Shown: positions 30,767 to 43,994, counted from the first letter of the stretch. The stretch is 64,000 nt of DNA from Myxococcota bacterium (GCA_965223415.1 OZ245002.1:1440001-1504000), one strand, 5' to 3'. Notes: generated by a model from the letters alone, not told the origin. Numbers and translations are program-made.

Positions 30767-31177
30767 CTAGAGCGCCGCGCGGATCCGATGGGCGATCGCC
30801 TCGAGCTCGCCGGGGTCCGCCTTGCGGCGGCCGTGGAGGGCAATCGGGTCGCCCTGGTTCCTCGGGATCAGGTGCATGTGGTAGTGGAAGACGGTCTGCC
30901 CGGCGGCGGCGCCGTTCAGCTGGTGGATGCCGATGCCGTCGGGGGCGAGGGCGGCCTTCAGCGCGTGGGCCAGCTTGCGCGCGTTGGCCATCACCGCCAG
31001 CAGGGACTCCTCGTCGGCTTCGAGAAGGTCCTGGGCGTGCCGCTTCGGAATGACCAGGACGTGGCCCTCCCCGACGGGGAAGAGGTCCATGAAGCTGAGC
31101 GTCAGCTCGTCCTCGTGGACGCGGTGGCAGGAAGCCTCGCCGGCGACGATCGCGCAGAAGATGCAGTCGGCCGCCAT
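30767..31177 (-). CDS. HIT family nucleotide hydrolase
   Basis: CIFC, GHVLVIPKRH, AGQTVFHYHMHLIPR histidine triad. Confidence 0.93.
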   Translation of the reverse strand: MAADCIFCAIVAGEASCHRVHEDELTLSFMDLFPVGEGHVLVIPKRHAQDLLEADEESLLAVMANARKLAHALKAALAPDGIGIHQLNGAAAGQTVFHYHMHLIPRNQGDPIALHGRRKADPGELEAIAHRIRAAL

Positions 31178-31185
31178 CTCGCTCC

Positions 31186-32106
31186 CTACACGTAGGTCAG
31201 CCAGTCCGTGTACTTCGGGTTGCGGCCGGCGACCACGTCGAAGAACGCGTCCTGCAGCATCTTCGCCACCGGCCCGCGCCTTCCTTCGCCGACGGTGCGG
31301 TGGTCGATCTCGCGGATGGGGGTCACCTCGGCGGCGGTGCCGGTGAGGAAGACCTCGTCGGCGACGTAGAGCTCGTCGCGGGTGATCGATCCCTCCACCA
31401 CCGTGAGCCCCTCGTCCCTCGCCAGACGGATCACGGAGTCGCGGGTAATGCCCTCGAGGATGGTCTGGAGAGGCGGCGTGCGTAGCACCCCGCCGCGCAC
31501 CATGAACAGGTTCTCCCCGCTGGCTTCGGAGACGAGTCCGTGGGTATCGAGCAGGATCGCCTCGTCGTAGCCGTCGAGGAGCGCCTCGCGCTTGGCGAGG
31601 ATCGAGTTGACGTAGTCGCCGCAGGTCTTGCCCTTGGTCATCTTGGCGTTCACGAAGTGGCGGCTGAAGGAGGAGACCTTGGCGCGGATGCCGCGCTCCA
31701 TGCCGTCCTCGCCCAGGTAGGCACCCCAGGGCCAGACGATCACCGCGACCCGGACCGGGTTGTCGGCCGGGTTCAGGCCCATCGCCCCCTCCCCGATGAA
31801 GACGAGCGGCCGGATGTAGCCCTCGGGAAGCTGGTTCAGGCGCAGGCACTCGAGGATCGCCTCGGTGACCGTCGCCTCCTCGAAGGGCACGTCCATCAGG
31901 TTGATGTGGGCCGACTCGTAGAGCCGGCGGACGTGCTCGGGCAGGCGGAACACCGCGGAGCGTTCGTCATCGGTCCGGTAACAACGGATGCCCTCGAACA
32001 CACCGAGGCCGTAGTGCAGCGTGTGGGTCAGGATGTGGACGCGGGCGTCGTCCCAGTCCACCATCTGGCCGTCGAGCCAGATCTTCTCGCCGCGGATGCC
32101 GGTCAT
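31186..32106 (-). CDS. ilvE: Branched-chain amino acid aminotransferase
   Basis: LHYGLGVFEGIR, KTCGDYVNS, EASGENLF, LEGITR, EVFLTGTAAEVTP. Confidence 0.95.
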   Translation of the reverse strand: MTGIRGEKIWLDGQMVDWDDARVHILTHTLHYGLGVFEGIRCYRTDDERSAVFRLPEHVRRLYESAHINLMDVPFEEATVTEAILECLRLNQLPEGYIRPLVFIGEGAMGLNPADNPVRVAVIVWPWGAYLGEDGMERGIRAKVSSFSRHFVNAKMTKGKTCGDYVNSILAKREALLDGYDEAILLDTHGLVSEASGENLFMVRGGVLRTPPLQTILEGITRDSVIRLARDEGLTVVEGSITRDELYVADEVFLTGTAAEVTPIREIDHRTVGEGRRGPVAKMLQDAFFDVVAGRNPKYTDWLTYV

Positions 32107-32136
32107 GCTCCCTCCGCTGAACCGAAGGAGGGGATG

Positions 32137-34038
32137 CTAGCCCCGCTTGAGGATCCTTCCCAGCACCCCCCTGGAGCGCTGCTTCCGGAGCGCGATCAGG
32201 CGCAGCTCCTGGAGGGCCTCGCTGCACTCCGGGTCGAGCTCGACGGCGCGAGTGAACATCCGCTCGGCGGTATCCACCTTGTCTTCCACCTTACACAGGC
32301 GTCCGAGGATGAGGAAGGGCGCGGCGCGCTGGGGCGCGAGCTTCTTGGAGAGGAGCGCGCGCTTCTTGGCACGCCGCCGGGCCGCATCGTCCTCGGGCGC
32401 GGACAGGTACTCGGCCCATCCATAGTAGGCGTGGTACTCGCCCTCTTCAGGATAGGACTCGACTGCCTCCGCGAAGTGCTTCATGGCATCGCCGAAGCGG
32501 CGCCCCTTCAGGGCGCGCTGCCCCTGCTGGAAGGCGCGCTCGGCGCGCAGGGCCTTGTGCCCTTCGTCCAGCTCGCGCTCTTCCTCGCGGCGCCGGGCGG
32601 TGCGCGCGCGGGCCTCGGCGGTGGCGATGGCCTGGTAGGCGCGGCTCACCTTGTCGAAGACCTCTTCCGCGAGTCCGCGCACCGCGTCTCCCTCAGCGGA
32701 GAAGCGGTCCGGGTGCGTGCGCCGGGCGAGGTCGGCGAACACGCTGCGGATCTCGGCGTCGCCAGCATTGCGGGCGAGGCCGAACATCTTGAACTCGTCA
32801 CGCCCCTCGAAGCGGGCTGCCAGCTCCGAGAGCTCCTTGCGGACGCGCTGGGCCTGGCGGCCCTCGGCCCGATCGTCCACGACGCGCACCCGTTCCTTCG
32901 CGACGCGTCCAGCGCGGGGAATCGAGCGCAGCGAGCGGGCCCGGGGCGACGCCGGCTCGAGCTCGACGAGCCCGACGGTGATCAGACCGAAGAGGATTCG
33001 CCGCTGGGCTTGGTCGGCCTCGCACAGCTCAGCGAGGCTCTGGCTGCCGTCGAGGTCCTCGAGGACCCGCTGCGCCTCGGGCGCGTCGATGTCCTGATAG
33101 GCGTGGAAGGGGACCGAGCTCGGTACCACGTGGAGCTGGCTGCGCTCGCGCAGGAACGCGTCGATCAGCTCGAGGTTGGCGTGCTCCCGAACGCCTTGGA
33201 GGATGAGCGAGGCCGGTGAGCGCTTCAGGCCGACGGCTTCGCCCTTCAAGGAGGCTCCCTGCTGGAAGCGGAAGCTCCCCTCGCTCCACGAGAACACTTC
33301 GAGCAGACGCCCTTCGGCCTGCCGGTTCAGCGCATGGGCCAGGTCCGCGTCGTCCAGCATGTACATGGCCTTCAGGATCTGTCCCTGCAGCCCCTCACCA
33401 CGCTTCACGCGCCGAACCGATTCGTGCAGCGTGTCCCAGGTGATGGTGCCGCTGGCGACCAGGAGGTGGCCGAGGGTCTCCTTTACCATGTTGGAGCGCA
33501 CGGAGACCGGCTGTCCCCCCTCCAGCTGCACGAGCTTCTTCTTCGATCCCTGCTGCAGCCGCAACACGCCGCTGGCCCGCATGCCGTGGAGGTGGTGCAG
33601 GAGCGACGGGAACGGCAGCTCGGAGAAGGTGCCCGAGAGATCCATCGGCCGGGCCTCGCCCGCCGAGGCTTCGCCCGGCATCAGCCTCCCGACGACGCCG
33701 AGAAGGGTCTTGAGCGGGACCGGCTTGGTCAGCACCACGTCGGCGTCGAGGGCTCGTGCCCGCGCCTCGTAGTCCGGCGTGAAGCGGCAGCCGGAGAGCA
33801 TCACCACCGGGAGGCGCTGGGTGCTGTCCCGGCGGATCTCCTCCAGGACGGCGAAGCCGTCCTTGCGCGGCAGCATCACGTCGAGAGTCACGAGGGACGG
33901 GCGCAGGCTGCGAAGACGCTCGAGCGCGGTCTCACCGTCGCCTGCGGTCTCCACGCGATAGCCCTGCTCTCGAAACGCTCGAGCGAGGATGCGCTGGAAG
34001 TTGGCGTCGTCGTCGACACAGAGAATGGTCGCGGTCAC
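32137..34038 (-). CDS. Receiver + DUF4388-like + DnaJ + TPR multidomain protein
   Basis: CVDDD/LDVMLP/TKP receiver; LSGTFSELPFPSLL...SGVL..WSEGSFRF; J-domain HPDRF; C-terminal TPR-like helices. Confidence 0.8.
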   Translation of the reverse strand: MTATILCVDDDANFQRILARAFREQGYRVETAGDGETALERLRSLRPSLVTLDVMLPRKDGFAVLEEIRRDSTQRLPVVMLSGCRFTPDYEARARALDADVVLTKPVPLKTLLGVVGRLMPGEASAGEARPMDLSGTFSELPFPSLLHHLHGMRASGVLRLQQGSKKKLVQLEGGQPVSVRSNMVKETLGHLLVASGTITWDTLHESVRRVKRGEGLQGQILKAMYMLDDADLAHALNRQAEGRLLEVFSWSEGSFRFQQGASLKGEAVGLKRSPASLILQGVREHANLELIDAFLRERSQLHVVPSSVPFHAYQDIDAPEAQRVLEDLDGSQSLAELCEADQAQRRILFGLITVGLVELEPASPRARSLRSIPRAGRVAKERVRVVDDRAEGRQAQRVRKELSELAARFEGRDEFKMFGLARNAGDAEIRSVFADLARRTHPDRFSAEGDAVRGLAEEVFDKVSRAYQAIATAEARARTARRREEERELDEGHKALRAERAFQQGQRALKGRRFGDAMKHFAEAVESYPEEGEYHAYYGWAEYLSAPEDDAARRRAKKRALLSKKLAPQRAAPFLILGRLCKVEDKVDTAERMFTRAVELDPECSEALQELRLIALRKQRSRGVLGRILKRG

Positions 34039-34107
34039 CGGGGGAGCCTCCGGTCCTGCCTATCGTCCGATGGCCGCGTGGAGCTGAGGGGAGATCGCCC
34101 CGGCGCT

Positions 34108-35181
34108 TCAAGAATCGGCAGGCGATGCGCAGGCCTCGCGCAGCAGGCCGGCAAGAGACGCCATGTAGGGCGCCCGGGCGATCCCGTGCTCGGTGACGAT
34201 CGCGCTGACCAGGCTCGCCGGGGTCACGTCGAAGGCGGGATGGCGCACGGCCACGCCCTCCGGCACGACCGGCCGGGCGCCGAAATCGGCCACCTCCTCC
34301 CGCCCGCGCTCCTCGATCGGGATGCCGTCGCCATCCGGTGTGTCGAGGTCCACGGTCGAGCAGGGCGCGGCCACGTAGAAGGGCAGGTCGTGGGCACGGG
34401 CCAGGAGCGCCAGGCCGTAGGTACCGATCTTGTTGGCGACGTCGCCGTTGGCCGCGACCCGGTCGGCCCCCACGACCACCAGGTCCACCTCGCCTCGCGC
34501 CATGAAGTGGGCCGCCATGTTGTCGGTGATGACGGAGACATCGATGCCGTCGCGGTGGAGCTCCCAGGCCGTGAGCCTGGCGCCCTGGAGGAAGGGCCGG
34601 GTCTCGTCGGCGAGCACGCTGACCCGCCGCCCCGCCTCCGCGGCGGCCCGCACCACGCCGAGCGCCGTGCCGTAGCCCCCGGTCGCCAGGGCGCCGGCGT
34701 TGCAGTGGGTGAGGATTCGCGCCCCGTCCGGAACCAGGGGCGCACCAGCGGCGCCGAGGCGGCGACACACCGCCACGTCCTCGCACAGCAGGGCCCTCGC
34801 CTCGGCGAGGAACCCATCGCGCAGGGCGGCGACCTCGGCTCCGCCCGCCGCCTCCTCCGCGAGCCACGCCTGCATCCGACCGACCGCCCAGGCGAGGTTC
34901 ACGGCTGTGGGCCGCGTTCGCAGCAGCCGATCCGCCGCGCCGCCGACATCGGCGACCAGCTCTTCGGGCGTCTTGGCCGTACTCGTGCGCGCGGCCAGGG
35001 CGAGGCCGAGGGCCGCCGTGCAGCCGATGGCCGGAGCCCCGCGCACCGCCAGCCCCTCGATGGCGTGAGCCACGGCTTCGACGTCGCGAAGGTGCAGGTA
35101 GACCTCCCGCTCGGGAAGCACGCGCTGGTCGATCAGCGCGACCGCGTCGTCTTCCCAGCCGACCGTGAACCAGTCGCTCAC
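34108..35181 (-). CDS. mtnA: S-methyl-5-thioribose-1-phosphate isomerase
   Basis: [56 protein letters not shown]. Confidence 0.95.
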   Translation of the reverse strand: MSDWFTVGWEDDAVALIDQRVLPEREVYLHLRDVEAVAHAIEGLAVRGAPAIGCTAALGLALAARTSTAKTPEELVADVGGAADRLLRTRPTAVNLAWAVGRMQAWLAEEAAGGAEVAALRDGFLAEARALLCEDVAVCRRLGAAGAPLVPDGARILTHCNAGALATGGYGTALGVVRAAAEAGRRVSVLADETRPFLQGARLTAWELHRDGIDVSVITDNMAAHFMARGEVDLVVVGADRVAANGDVANKIGTYGLALLARAHDLPFYVAAPCSTVDLDTPDGDGIPIEERGREEVADFGARPVVPEGVAVRHPAFDVTPASLVSAIVTEHGIARAPYMASLAGLLREACASPADS

Positions 35182-37340
35182 GGTGCCCCCTGCCCCTCCG
35201 GCTCGGCAGGCGGCGGCTCGCCGGTCAGGATCGAGTCGAGGATGTCGAGCACGTCCTTGCCGGATCCCTCGCCGAGCCGCTCGTCGATCTTGCGCTCCCA
35301 CTTCTCGCGGCGCCGGTCGTCGGCCACGTAGGCCGCGCCGAACGCCAGGGCGGCTTCCTGGGTGATCGTCACGTTCGGGTCGTCCACGGTTCCCTTCACG
35401 GCGGCGAGGGGGATGACCCGGCGGCGGGGCTCCCGCGGCGCCTCGCCTTCGCCCGCGAGCTCCTGGTCGAGCTCCTCGAAGAGGGTGAGCGTCCCCCGCA
35501 GATCGAGCTCGCGCCCGACGAGCCCGACGCTCCCTCGCAGGTCGACCCGGTAGTCGCGGTATTGGAGCCGCAGGTCGCGGGTGCCGGCGACGCCGTCCTT
35601 CACGGCAAGGGTTCCGCCGAGCCGCTCGAAGCGATCGGCGTAGTACTTCTCGGCCTTCTCGCCGGCCGCCAGCCGTGCGGCGGCGACCACGGCGCCGCCT
35701 TCCTTGCGCAGGCCGTCGACGGTCTGCTCGAGGAGCGAGACGCCGCGCAGCCGGCCCGGGGCCACGTCGAAGCGCAGCTTGCCGGTGACGCGCTGGAGCA
35801 GATCGCCCTCCCCGGTGAGCGGGCCGGCCCACTCGCTGCGCAGACGCAGGGGGCCGGACAGGGCGTCCTCCTTGCCGGACAGGGCGGTCAGCAGCACCTG
35901 GCTGTCGGCCTCGTCGGCGTCGAGGCGCACCGCCATGCGCGGCGTCCCGGCCAGCTCCTGAATCTGGAGATCGAGCTGGAACGGCTGCTCGGCGACCCGC
36001 AGGTCGAGATCCTCGCCCACGATCGCGTCTCCGGTCCCCCTCAGGCGCCCGTTCAGGGTGAGGAGCTGGCCCTCTTCCAGGGGATACTCGAAGCCCGCTA
36101 CGAGGAAGCTGCCCCGCACGGAGAGCGGGCCCATCCCGAGAGCCAGGTCCTCGAGCTGCACGGTGCCGGGAAGCGGCTCGTCGCCCAGGGCCGGGATCAT
36201 CGTCTCCCAGCCGGCGATGCCGAAGGCCGGTGCGGTGAGCCGGATCTCGGTGCGGCTGCCGAGGCTCACCTCGCCGGTGGCACGGAGGTTGTGGAGCTGC
36301 ACCTCGAGGCCTTCGAGGGTTCGCGCGTCGCCTTCCTGGATCAGGCGGCCCGCGAGCCGACCCTGCACGCCGGCGGGCTTGACGAAGACGTCTTCCACGG
36401 CGAGCTGGGCCGCATCGAGATCGAGGACGACCGGCCCGGCGAGCCGATCCACCGGACCAGCCAGCTCCGCCGTGAGCGGCACCTGGCCGCTCACGACCAC
36501 GTCGCCGAACTCCAGCTCGGCGTCGTGGAGCTTCAGCTTGGCCTCGAGGGTCTCGAACACCTCGCGCTGCATGGCCGCCGTGAGGTCCAGCTCGAGGCGA
36601 CCGGCGAAGTCGTCGTCGCCGATCCACGGCTCGAGGGTGGCGAGGGAGAGGTCCGCGAGCTGAAGACTCAGGTCGAGGTCGCCGCCGGCAGCCCGTCGGC
36701 CGCGCGCCGTGAGACGGCCCGTATCCGCCAGCCGGGCCGCCACGTCGAAGTCCGCCGACTCGGTGAGCGCGGCCCCCTGCACGGTGGCGTCCACCTGCTC
36801 GAAGCGCAGCGTCGCGGGCGGGTCCAGGGTGCGATCTTCGAGGGTGATCGCTGCGCCGTCGATGCGGATGCCGCGGAGCTGGACGGTGAAGCCGTCGTCC
36901 CGGGAGCCCTCCTCGGGCAGCGCGTCCTCCGGGCGCGGCTCCTCCGGCTCCTCTTCCGGGGGCGAGAATGGCAGCGCGAAGCCGTCCTCGGTTCGCAGCA
37001 CCGTGAGCGCGGGCCCGACCACGTCCACGCGCTCGACCACGAGGGTTCGCGCGAGGAGCGGCAGCCACGCGATGCGCAGGCCGATGCGCTCAGCGGAGAG
37101 CGGAGCCTCGCCTTCGGCGCCGGCGAGCACCGGCGCGCGCATCTCGAGGCGCGGCGGGAGCAGCGCGACGCCGATGCCCTCGTAGGAGAGCTCCCGACCC
37201 GTCGCGGCGCGGGCCTCCTCGACGATGCGGGCCCGGACCTCCGGGCGCTCCGCAATGCGCGGGAGCAGGAACGCGAACGCTCCGACCGCAGCCAACGCCA
37301 ACACGACCGCCAGCCCCAGGAGGATTCGAAGCAGCCGCAC
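35178..37340 (-). CDS. AsmA family protein
   Basis: N-terminal anchor, [15 protein letters not shown]; beta-rich repeats; C-terminal VKGTVDDP. Confidence 0.75.
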   Translation of the reverse strand: MRLLRILLGLAVVLALAAVGAFAFLLPRIAERPEVRARIVEEARAATGRELSYEGIGVALLPPRLEMRAPVLAGAEGEAPLSAERIGLRIAWLPLLARTLVVERVDVVGPALTVLRTEDGFALPFSPPEEEPEEPRPEDALPEEGSRDDGFTVQLRGIRIDGAAITLEDRTLDPPATLRFEQVDATVQGAALTESADFDVAARLADTGRLTARGRRAAGGDLDLSLQLADLSLATLEPWIGDDDFAGRLELDLTAAMQREVFETLEAKLKLHDAELEFGDVVVSGQVPLTAELAGPVDRLAGPVVLDLDAAQLAVEDVFVKPAGVQGRLAGRLIQEGDARTLEGLEVQLHNLRATGEVSLGSRTEIRLTAPAFGIAGWETMIPALGDEPLPGTVQLEDLALGMGPLSVRGSFLVAGFEYPLEEGQLLTLNGRLRGTGDAIVGEDLDLRVAEQPFQLDLQIQELAGTPRMAVRLDADEADSQVLLTALSGKEDALSGPLRLRSEWAGPLTGEGDLLQRVTGKLRFDVAPGRLRGVSLLEQTVDGLRKEGGAVVAAARLAAGEKAEKYYADRFERLGGTLAVKDGVAGTRDLRLQYRDYRVDLRGSVGLVGRELDLRGTLTLFEELDQELAGEGEAPREPRRRVIPLAAVKGTVDDPNVTITQEAALAFGAAYVADDRRREKWERKIDERLGEGSGKDVLDILDSILTGEPPPAEPEGQGAP

Positions 37341-38785
37341 TACAGCGCCTCGAGCTTGGCGATCAGGATGTTGCGCACCTGGGCCGCGTCGGCCTTGCCT
37401 TGACTCTGCTTCATCACCTGCCCCATCAGGAAGTTCACGGCCTTCTTGTCGCCTTCCTTGTAGGAGGCGACCGCCTTCGGCTGGGCGGCGAGCACCTCAT
37501 CAGCCATGGCCTCGAGGGCGCCGCTGTCGGAGACCGCCTCGAGACCGCGCTCCTGCATCAGCGCCTCGGGCTCACCGCCGCTCTCGAGCAGCTCGGGAAG
37601 CAGGTCCCGGGCGCTCTTCGCGGTGAGGCGTCCCTCGTCCACGAGGCGGAGCAGGGCTGCGAAGCCGGTGGCCTCGAGCGCGGCGTCCGAGAGCTCCCGT
37701 TCGTGCTCGTTCAGCCAGGCCAACACGTCCCGGGTGAGCCAGTTCGCGGCCCCTTTGGGCTCCGCGCCGGCGGCGACGGCAGCCTCGAAGAAGTCCGCGA
37801 GGGCCCCGGCGACGACGAGCTTGGCCGCGTCGTCGGCGGCCAGGCCGAGCTCCTCGTGGAAGCGCCGGCGACGGGCGTCCGGCAGCTCGGGGAGCGCGGC
37901 GCGGATCGCCTCGATGCGCTCTACCGCCACGACCAGGGGGATCAGGTCGGGATCCGGGAAGTAGCGGTAGTCGTCCGCGTTCTCCTTCACCCGCATCACG
38001 AACAGCCGGTCCGCCTCGGCGTCGTAGCCGACGGTGGCTTGCTCCACCTCCCCTCCGGCGTCGAGCAGCTCCGCCTGGTAGTCGACCTCGCGCTCGATGG
38101 CGGCCTCGACGAAGCGGAACGAGTTCACGTTCTTGATCTCGCGGCGAGTGCCCAGCTCGGCGGCGCCAGGCCTGCGGAGGGACACGTTCACGTCGCACTT
38201 GAACTGCCCCTTCTCCATGTCCGCGTCGGAGGCGCCGACGGCGCGCAGGATCGCGTGGAGCTTCCTCAGGTAGGCGGCGGCTTCCGGGCCCGAGCGCATG
38301 TCCGGCTCGGACACCACCTCGACGAGCGGAACGCCCGCCCGGTTGAGGTCGACATGGGTCTCGGTGGGGCTGTCGTCGTGGATCGACTTGCCCGCATCCT
38401 CCTCCATGTGGATACGCGTGATGCCGACGCGCTTCGCTCCGTCTTCGGGCTCGATCTCGAGCCAGCCTTCGGTGCACAGCGGATGCTCGAACTGGGAGAT
38501 CTGGTAGCCCTTCGGCAGGTCCGGGTAGAAGTAGTTCTTGCGCGCGAAGACCGAGCTGGCCTGGATCGTGCAGTGGGTGGCGAGGCCGGCACGGATCGCC
38601 AGCTCGACCGCCTCACCGTTCAGCACCGGCAGCGCCCCCGGCAGCGCCAGACACACCGGCGTGGTGTGGTGGTTGGGCTCGTCCCCATAGGATACGGCGG
38701 CGGTGGAGAAGAGCTTGCTGCGGGTGCGGAGCTGGACGTGCACCTCGATGCCGATCACGACCTCGTAGTCGGGATGGGTGCTCAC
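37340..38785 (-). CDS. gatB: Asp-tRNA(Asn)/Glu-tRNA(Gln) amidotransferase subunit B
   Basis: [53 protein letters not shown]. Confidence 0.97.
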   Translation of the reverse strand: MSTHPDYEVVIGIEVHVQLRTRSKLFSTAAVSYGDEPNHHTTPVCLALPGALPVLNGEAVELAIRAGLATHCTIQASSVFARKNYFYPDLPKGYQISQFEHPLCTEGWLEIEPEDGAKRVGITRIHMEEDAGKSIHDDSPTETHVDLNRAGVPLVEVVSEPDMRSGPEAAAYLRKLHAILRAVGASDADMEKGQFKCDVNVSLRRPGAAELGTRREIKNVNSFRFVEAAIEREVDYQAELLDAGGEVEQATVGYDAEADRLFVMRVKENADDYRYFPDPDLIPLVVAVERIEAIRAALPELPDARRRRFHEELGLAADDAAKLVVAGALADFFEAAVAAGAEPKGAANWLTRDVLAWLNEHERELSDAALEATGFAALLRLVDEGRLTAKSARDLLPELLESGGEPEALMQERGLEAVSDSGALEAMADEVLAAQPKAVASYKEGDKKAVNFLMGQVMKQSQGKADAAQVRNILIAKLEAL

Positions 38786-40248
38786 GGGAAGCCCTCCGGG
38801 CGCGCCAGATGGTAGTCGGTGAGGCGCTGGTAGGCGTCGGCCACCCGGAGCACGGTGGCATCCTCCAGGGGCCGCCCGAGCACCTGGAGCCCCACCGGGA
38901 GCCCACCGGCCTGGCCGCACGGGAGAGAGACGCCGGGCAGCCCCGCCAGGTTCGCGGAGACCGTGTCCACGTCGGAGAGGTACATGGTGAGGGGGTCTGC
39001 GGTCTTCTCACCGAGCCGGAAGGCGGTCTCGGGGGTGGTCGGGGTGAGCAGCACGTCGCAGCGGGCGAAGGCGGCGTCGAAGTCGCGGCGCAGCAGGGTG
39101 CGGACCTTCTGGGCCTTGCGGTAGTAGGCGTCGTAGTAGCCTGCCGAGAGCACGTAGGTGCCGAGCAGGATGCGCCGCTTCACCTCGGCGCCGAAGCCCT
39201 CGGAGCGGCTGCGCTCGTAGAGCTCCGTCAGCCCGGAGACGCCGGCCGCCCGCCGTCCGTAGCGCACCCCGTCGAAGCGGGAGAGGTTGCTCGACGCCTC
39301 CGCCGTCGCGATCAGGTAGTAGGCGGCGATGGCGTAGCGGGTGTGGGGAAGATCGACCTCGACGAGCTTCGCCCCCTCCGCCTCCAGCACCGACGCTGCC
39401 GCGCGGACCTGCTCGAGAACTGCCGGGTCAGCGCCTTCGCCGGCGAAGTACTCGCGCGGGAGACCGATCACCAGCCCCGAGATCTCGCCGGTCAGCGCGT
39501 CCGCGCAGGAGAGGGGCGGCTCCGGCAGGGACGTGGAGTCGTTCTCGTCGTGGCCGCTGATCGCGTCGAGGAGCAGCGCGCAATCCGCCGCGCTGCGGCC
39601 GAAGGGACCGATCTGGTCGAGGGAAGAGGCGAAGGCCACGAGCCCGTAGCGAGAGACGCGACCGTAGGTGGGCTTCATCCCCACCACGCCGCAGAACGCC
39701 GCCGGCTGGCGGATCGAGCCGCCGGTATCGCTCCCCAGGGCGAGGGGCACGATGCCGGCGGCGACGGCGGCCGCGGAGCCGCCGGAGGAGCCGCCGGGGG
39801 AGCGCTCCGGGTCCCACGGGTTGCGAGCCGGTCCGTGTGCCGAGTTCTCGGTGGACGAGCCCATCGCGAACTCGTCCATGTTGGTGCGACCGACGATCAC
39901 GACGCCAGCCTCGCGCAGCCTCGCCGTGACCGTGGCGTCGAAGGGCGACACGTAGCCCTCGAGGATGCGCGAGGCGCAGCCGGCCGGCTCGGCCCGCTGC
40001 ACGATGTTGTCCTTCAGCACCAGGGGGATTCCGTCGAGAGGCGAACGGGTGGCGCCGGATGCCCTTCGGGCGTCCGCGGCGTCCGCCTCCTGGAGCGCGG
40101 CTTCGGCGCGCAAGCCGACGAAGGCGCCGAGCTGTTCTCCCGCCTCCCCCGCGCGCGCCAGCGCGCGCTCGGTCTGTTCGCGACACGTGGTTTCGCCCGC
40201 GTCGAGCGCAGCGCGAAGCGCGGCGACGGAGCCGGGCGACGCCTCCAT
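38782..40248 (-). CDS. gatA: Asp-tRNA(Asn)/Glu-tRNA(Gln) amidotransferase subunit A
   Basis: [53 protein letters not shown]. Confidence 0.97.
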   Translation of the reverse strand: MEASPGSVAALRAALDAGETTCREQTERALARAGEAGEQLGAFVGLRAEAALQEADAADARRASGATRSPLDGIPLVLKDNIVQRAEPAGCASRILEGYVSPFDATVTARLREAGVVIVGRTNMDEFAMGSSTENSAHGPARNPWDPERSPGGSSGGSAAAVAAGIVPLALGSDTGGSIRQPAAFCGVVGMKPTYGRVSRYGLVAFASSLDQIGPFGRSAADCALLLDAISGHDENDSTSLPEPPLSCADALTGEISGLVIGLPREYFAGEGADPAVLEQVRAAASVLEAEGAKLVEVDLPHTRYAIAAYYLIATAEASSNLSRFDGVRYGRRAAGVSGLTELYERSRSEGFGAEVKRRILLGTYVLSAGYYDAYYRKAQKVRTLLRRDFDAAFARCDVLLTPTTPETAFRLGEKTADPLTMYLSDVDTVSANLAGLPGVSLPCGQAGGLPVGLQVLGRPLEDATVLRVADAYQRLTDYHLARPEGFP

Positions 40249-40250
40249 GC

Positions 40251-40556
40251 TCAGCCCTCCGCCTCGCCGTCGAGCACCTTGGGAACGGAGAAGGCCGTGC
40301 CTTCGGCCGCCGGCGCATTGGCGACGGCCTCTTCGGGCGCGAGCTCGCCGCCGGGAACGTCTTCCCGTACCGGCGTCGCGAGGGGAATGACGTGGGCGGT
40401 CGGCTCCACGGCCTCCGTGTCCACCTCCGACAAGAGGTCGACGTAGTCGAGGATCCGCTCGAGCTCGGCGGTCACGGCGACGAGCTCGGCGCCGTCGAGG
40501 CGAAGCCTGGCCAGGGCCGCCATCCGGCGGGCGTCTTCCGGGGCGATCCGGGACAT
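40251..40556 (-). CDS. gatC: Asp-tRNA(Asn)/Glu-tRNA(Gln) amidotransferase subunit C
   Basis: AALARL...[16 protein letters not shown]...REDV...NAP...FSVPKVL; directly upstream of gatA. Confidence 0.93.
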   Translation of the reverse strand: MSRIAPEDARRMAALARLRLDGAELVAVTAELERILDYVDLLSEVDTEAVEPTAHVIPLATPVREDVPGGELAPEEAVANAPAAEGTAFSVPKVLDGEAEG

Positions 40557-40650
40557 GAGGCGGATTCTAACGATCTGCGGGTGGCCCGCAGATGAAGGAT
40601 GGGAGCGGCTCGCAGCGTCCTTCCGGCGAATCCTGTACCGTGCTGCGATC

Positions 40651-42147
<1,497 letters not shown>

Positions 42148-42180
42148 CCCCCGCTGGTCGGGCGCAGAAGCCGTCCGGAG

Positions 42181-43089
42181 CTAGAGGTCGATCCAGGCGG
42201 GTGCCCGCCCGCTGCCGCAGATCGCCAGGGACGGTCGTCCCGCCTGCGAGAGCACCCGAAGGCCACCGGCCACGCCCCCGAGGTCGAGGATCCGTCCCAA
42301 CGCGGCGCCATCGCGCCGGGGCTCCGTGGCCGCAGCCTTCGCCAGGCGCAGGGCGCGCTCCCCGTTCTGGGGAGCGATCAGGAGACCGCCGTCCGGCAGG
42401 ACGACGCGCCGCTCGGCGCCGACCACGTGGATGGCCGCGAGCTCGCCGCCGGCGTCGGCCAGCACGATCGTCGTCGGGCCGCCGGCCGGCCGCCGCTCGC
42501 ACCACTCGAGGGCCGGGGCCACCGAGTCGAAGCGCTGGAGGCAATCCTGGGCCAGCAGCGGGGCAGGAGCCGAGCAGGCGCGCGGCCCCTCGAGGCCGGG
42601 CACCGCGGCGGTCCAGCTCGCGGAGACGACCAGGCCGTGCTCGTTCACGCCGATCAGCGCGGGCACGATGCCGGGCAACGCGATCTCGATGGAGCGGAAG
42701 TCGCCTTCACCGGGTGCGCTGCGCCGCAGGAGAAGGTCGGCAGGCGGACGATCGATCGCGCGCAGCACGCTCCCGGGGGCGCCTGCAGCAGCGACCGTGG
42801 CGCCGCTCTCGGCCTCGGCGTGACGTCCCAGCAGAGCCCACAGTGCGCGTTGGCTCACGTGGGCGCCGCGGGCCAGGCCGATCGTGCGCTCGAAGAGGTG
42901 CGGGTAGTAGCGACGCAGGTCGCGGCCGAGGCGCACCTCGAGCTCGTGGGGATCGGGCACGAGGCGATCCAGCCAGCCGGGCCGGGGCAGGCCGCGGAGG
43001 GCTGTCGCCACTCCGTGGCGCGCGAACGCACCCTGGTCGTACCCGAGGTCGCGGGGTGCGCCCTCGCAGGAGACCGCCGGCGGTCGCAC
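42181..43089 (-). CDS. Peptidase C45 / Ntn-hydrolase-like protein, apparently lacking the catalytic Cys
   Basis: GAPRDLGYDQG, YPHLFERTIGLARG, GVNEHGL, VLADAGG match the C45 pattern; GTG overlaps the larE stop. Confidence 0.55.
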   Translation of the reverse strand: MRPPAVSCEGAPRDLGYDQGAFARHGVATALRGLPRPGWLDRLVPDPHELEVRLGRDLRRYYPHLFERTIGLARGAHVSQRALWALLGRHAEAESGATVAAAGAPGSVLRAIDRPPADLLLRRSAPGEGDFRSIEIALPGIVPALIGVNEHGLVVSASWTAAVPGLEGPRACSAPAPLLAQDCLQRFDSVAPALEWCERRPAGGPTTIVLADAGGELAAIHVVGAERRVVLPDGGLLIAPQNGERALRLAKAAATEPRRDGAALGRILDLGGVAGGLRVLSQAGRPSLAICGSGRAPAWIDL

Positions 43090-43931
43090 TAGGATGCCTC
43101 GCGCTTGGCGCCTTCCGGGAGCACTTCGTTCAGCGCGCCCGTGCGGTAGCCCTCGAGGTCGAGGGACACGAAGCGGAAGCCCAGGGGCTTGAGCTGCTCG
43201 ACGATCGCGCGGGCCATCTTCAGGTCGAGGGCACGCGGCAGCTCCGCTGGGGCGATCTCGACCCGCGCCACCAGCCCGTGGTGCCGCAGCCGGAGCTGGC
43301 GGAAGCCGAGACCACGCAGGCGCTCCTCGCCCTCTTCCACCTGCCGGAGGCGCTCGGGCGTGACCTTGGTTCCGTAGGGCAGCCGGGAGGCCAGGCACGC
43401 CGAGGCCGGCAGATCGGCGGTGGGCAGTCCCGCCTCCCGGGAGAGCTCCCGGATCTCCTGCTTCGAGAGCCCGACGTCGAGGAAGGGCGAGAGCACGCCG
43501 TGCTCGTCCGCCGCCCGGTGGCCCGGCCTGAAGTCGCCCTGGTCGTCGGTGTTCACGCCGTAGGCGACGGCCGCATAGCCTTCGCTGTCGCGCAGGCGAC
43601 CGAGCACGTCGAAGAGCTCGGTCTTGCAGAAATAGCAACGATCCGGTCGGTTGGCGCGGTAGTCCTCGCTCTCCATCTCGTGGGTGTCGACGTAGCGGTG
43701 GGGGATCTCGAAGTGCCCCACCACCTCTTCGGCCACCTTCCGATGGCTGTCCGGGTAGGAGGGCGAGACGGCGGTGACCGCCAGGGCGTCGTCCCCGAGG
43801 GCGCGCTTCGCCGCGAGGGCCAGGTAGCTCGAGTCCACGCCGCCGGAGAAGGCGACGAGCAGGCGTCCTGCGGCACGCAGGCGGTCCTCGAGGGCTGCCT
43901 CTTTCCGCTTCAGTTCCGGGGGGATCGGCAC
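43089..43931 (-). CDS. larE: ATP-dependent sulfur transferase LarE
   Basis: VAFSGGVDS PP-loop, DRCYFCK, DFRPG, PASACLASR.PYG, RLRHHG..ARVE, LDLEGYRTG. Confidence 0.92.
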   Translation of the reverse strand: MPIPPELKRKEAALEDRLRAAGRLLVAFSGGVDSSYLALAAKRALGDDALAVTAVSPSYPDSHRKVAEEVVGHFEIPHRYVDTHEMESEDYRANRPDRCYFCKTELFDVLGRLRDSEGYAAVAYGVNTDDQGDFRPGHRAADEHGVLSPFLDVGLSKQEIRELSREAGLPTADLPASACLASRLPYGTKVTPERLRQVEEGEERLRGLGFRQLRLRHHGLVARVEIAPAELPRALDLKMARAIVEQLKPLGFRFVSLDLEGYRTGALNEVLPEGAKREAS

Positions 43932-43994
43932 CCTGGGGAGGGTAGGAGGGGCCGGCGGGGGGGGTCAAGCTATGCTCGGCTGTCGGGGGTGCGC

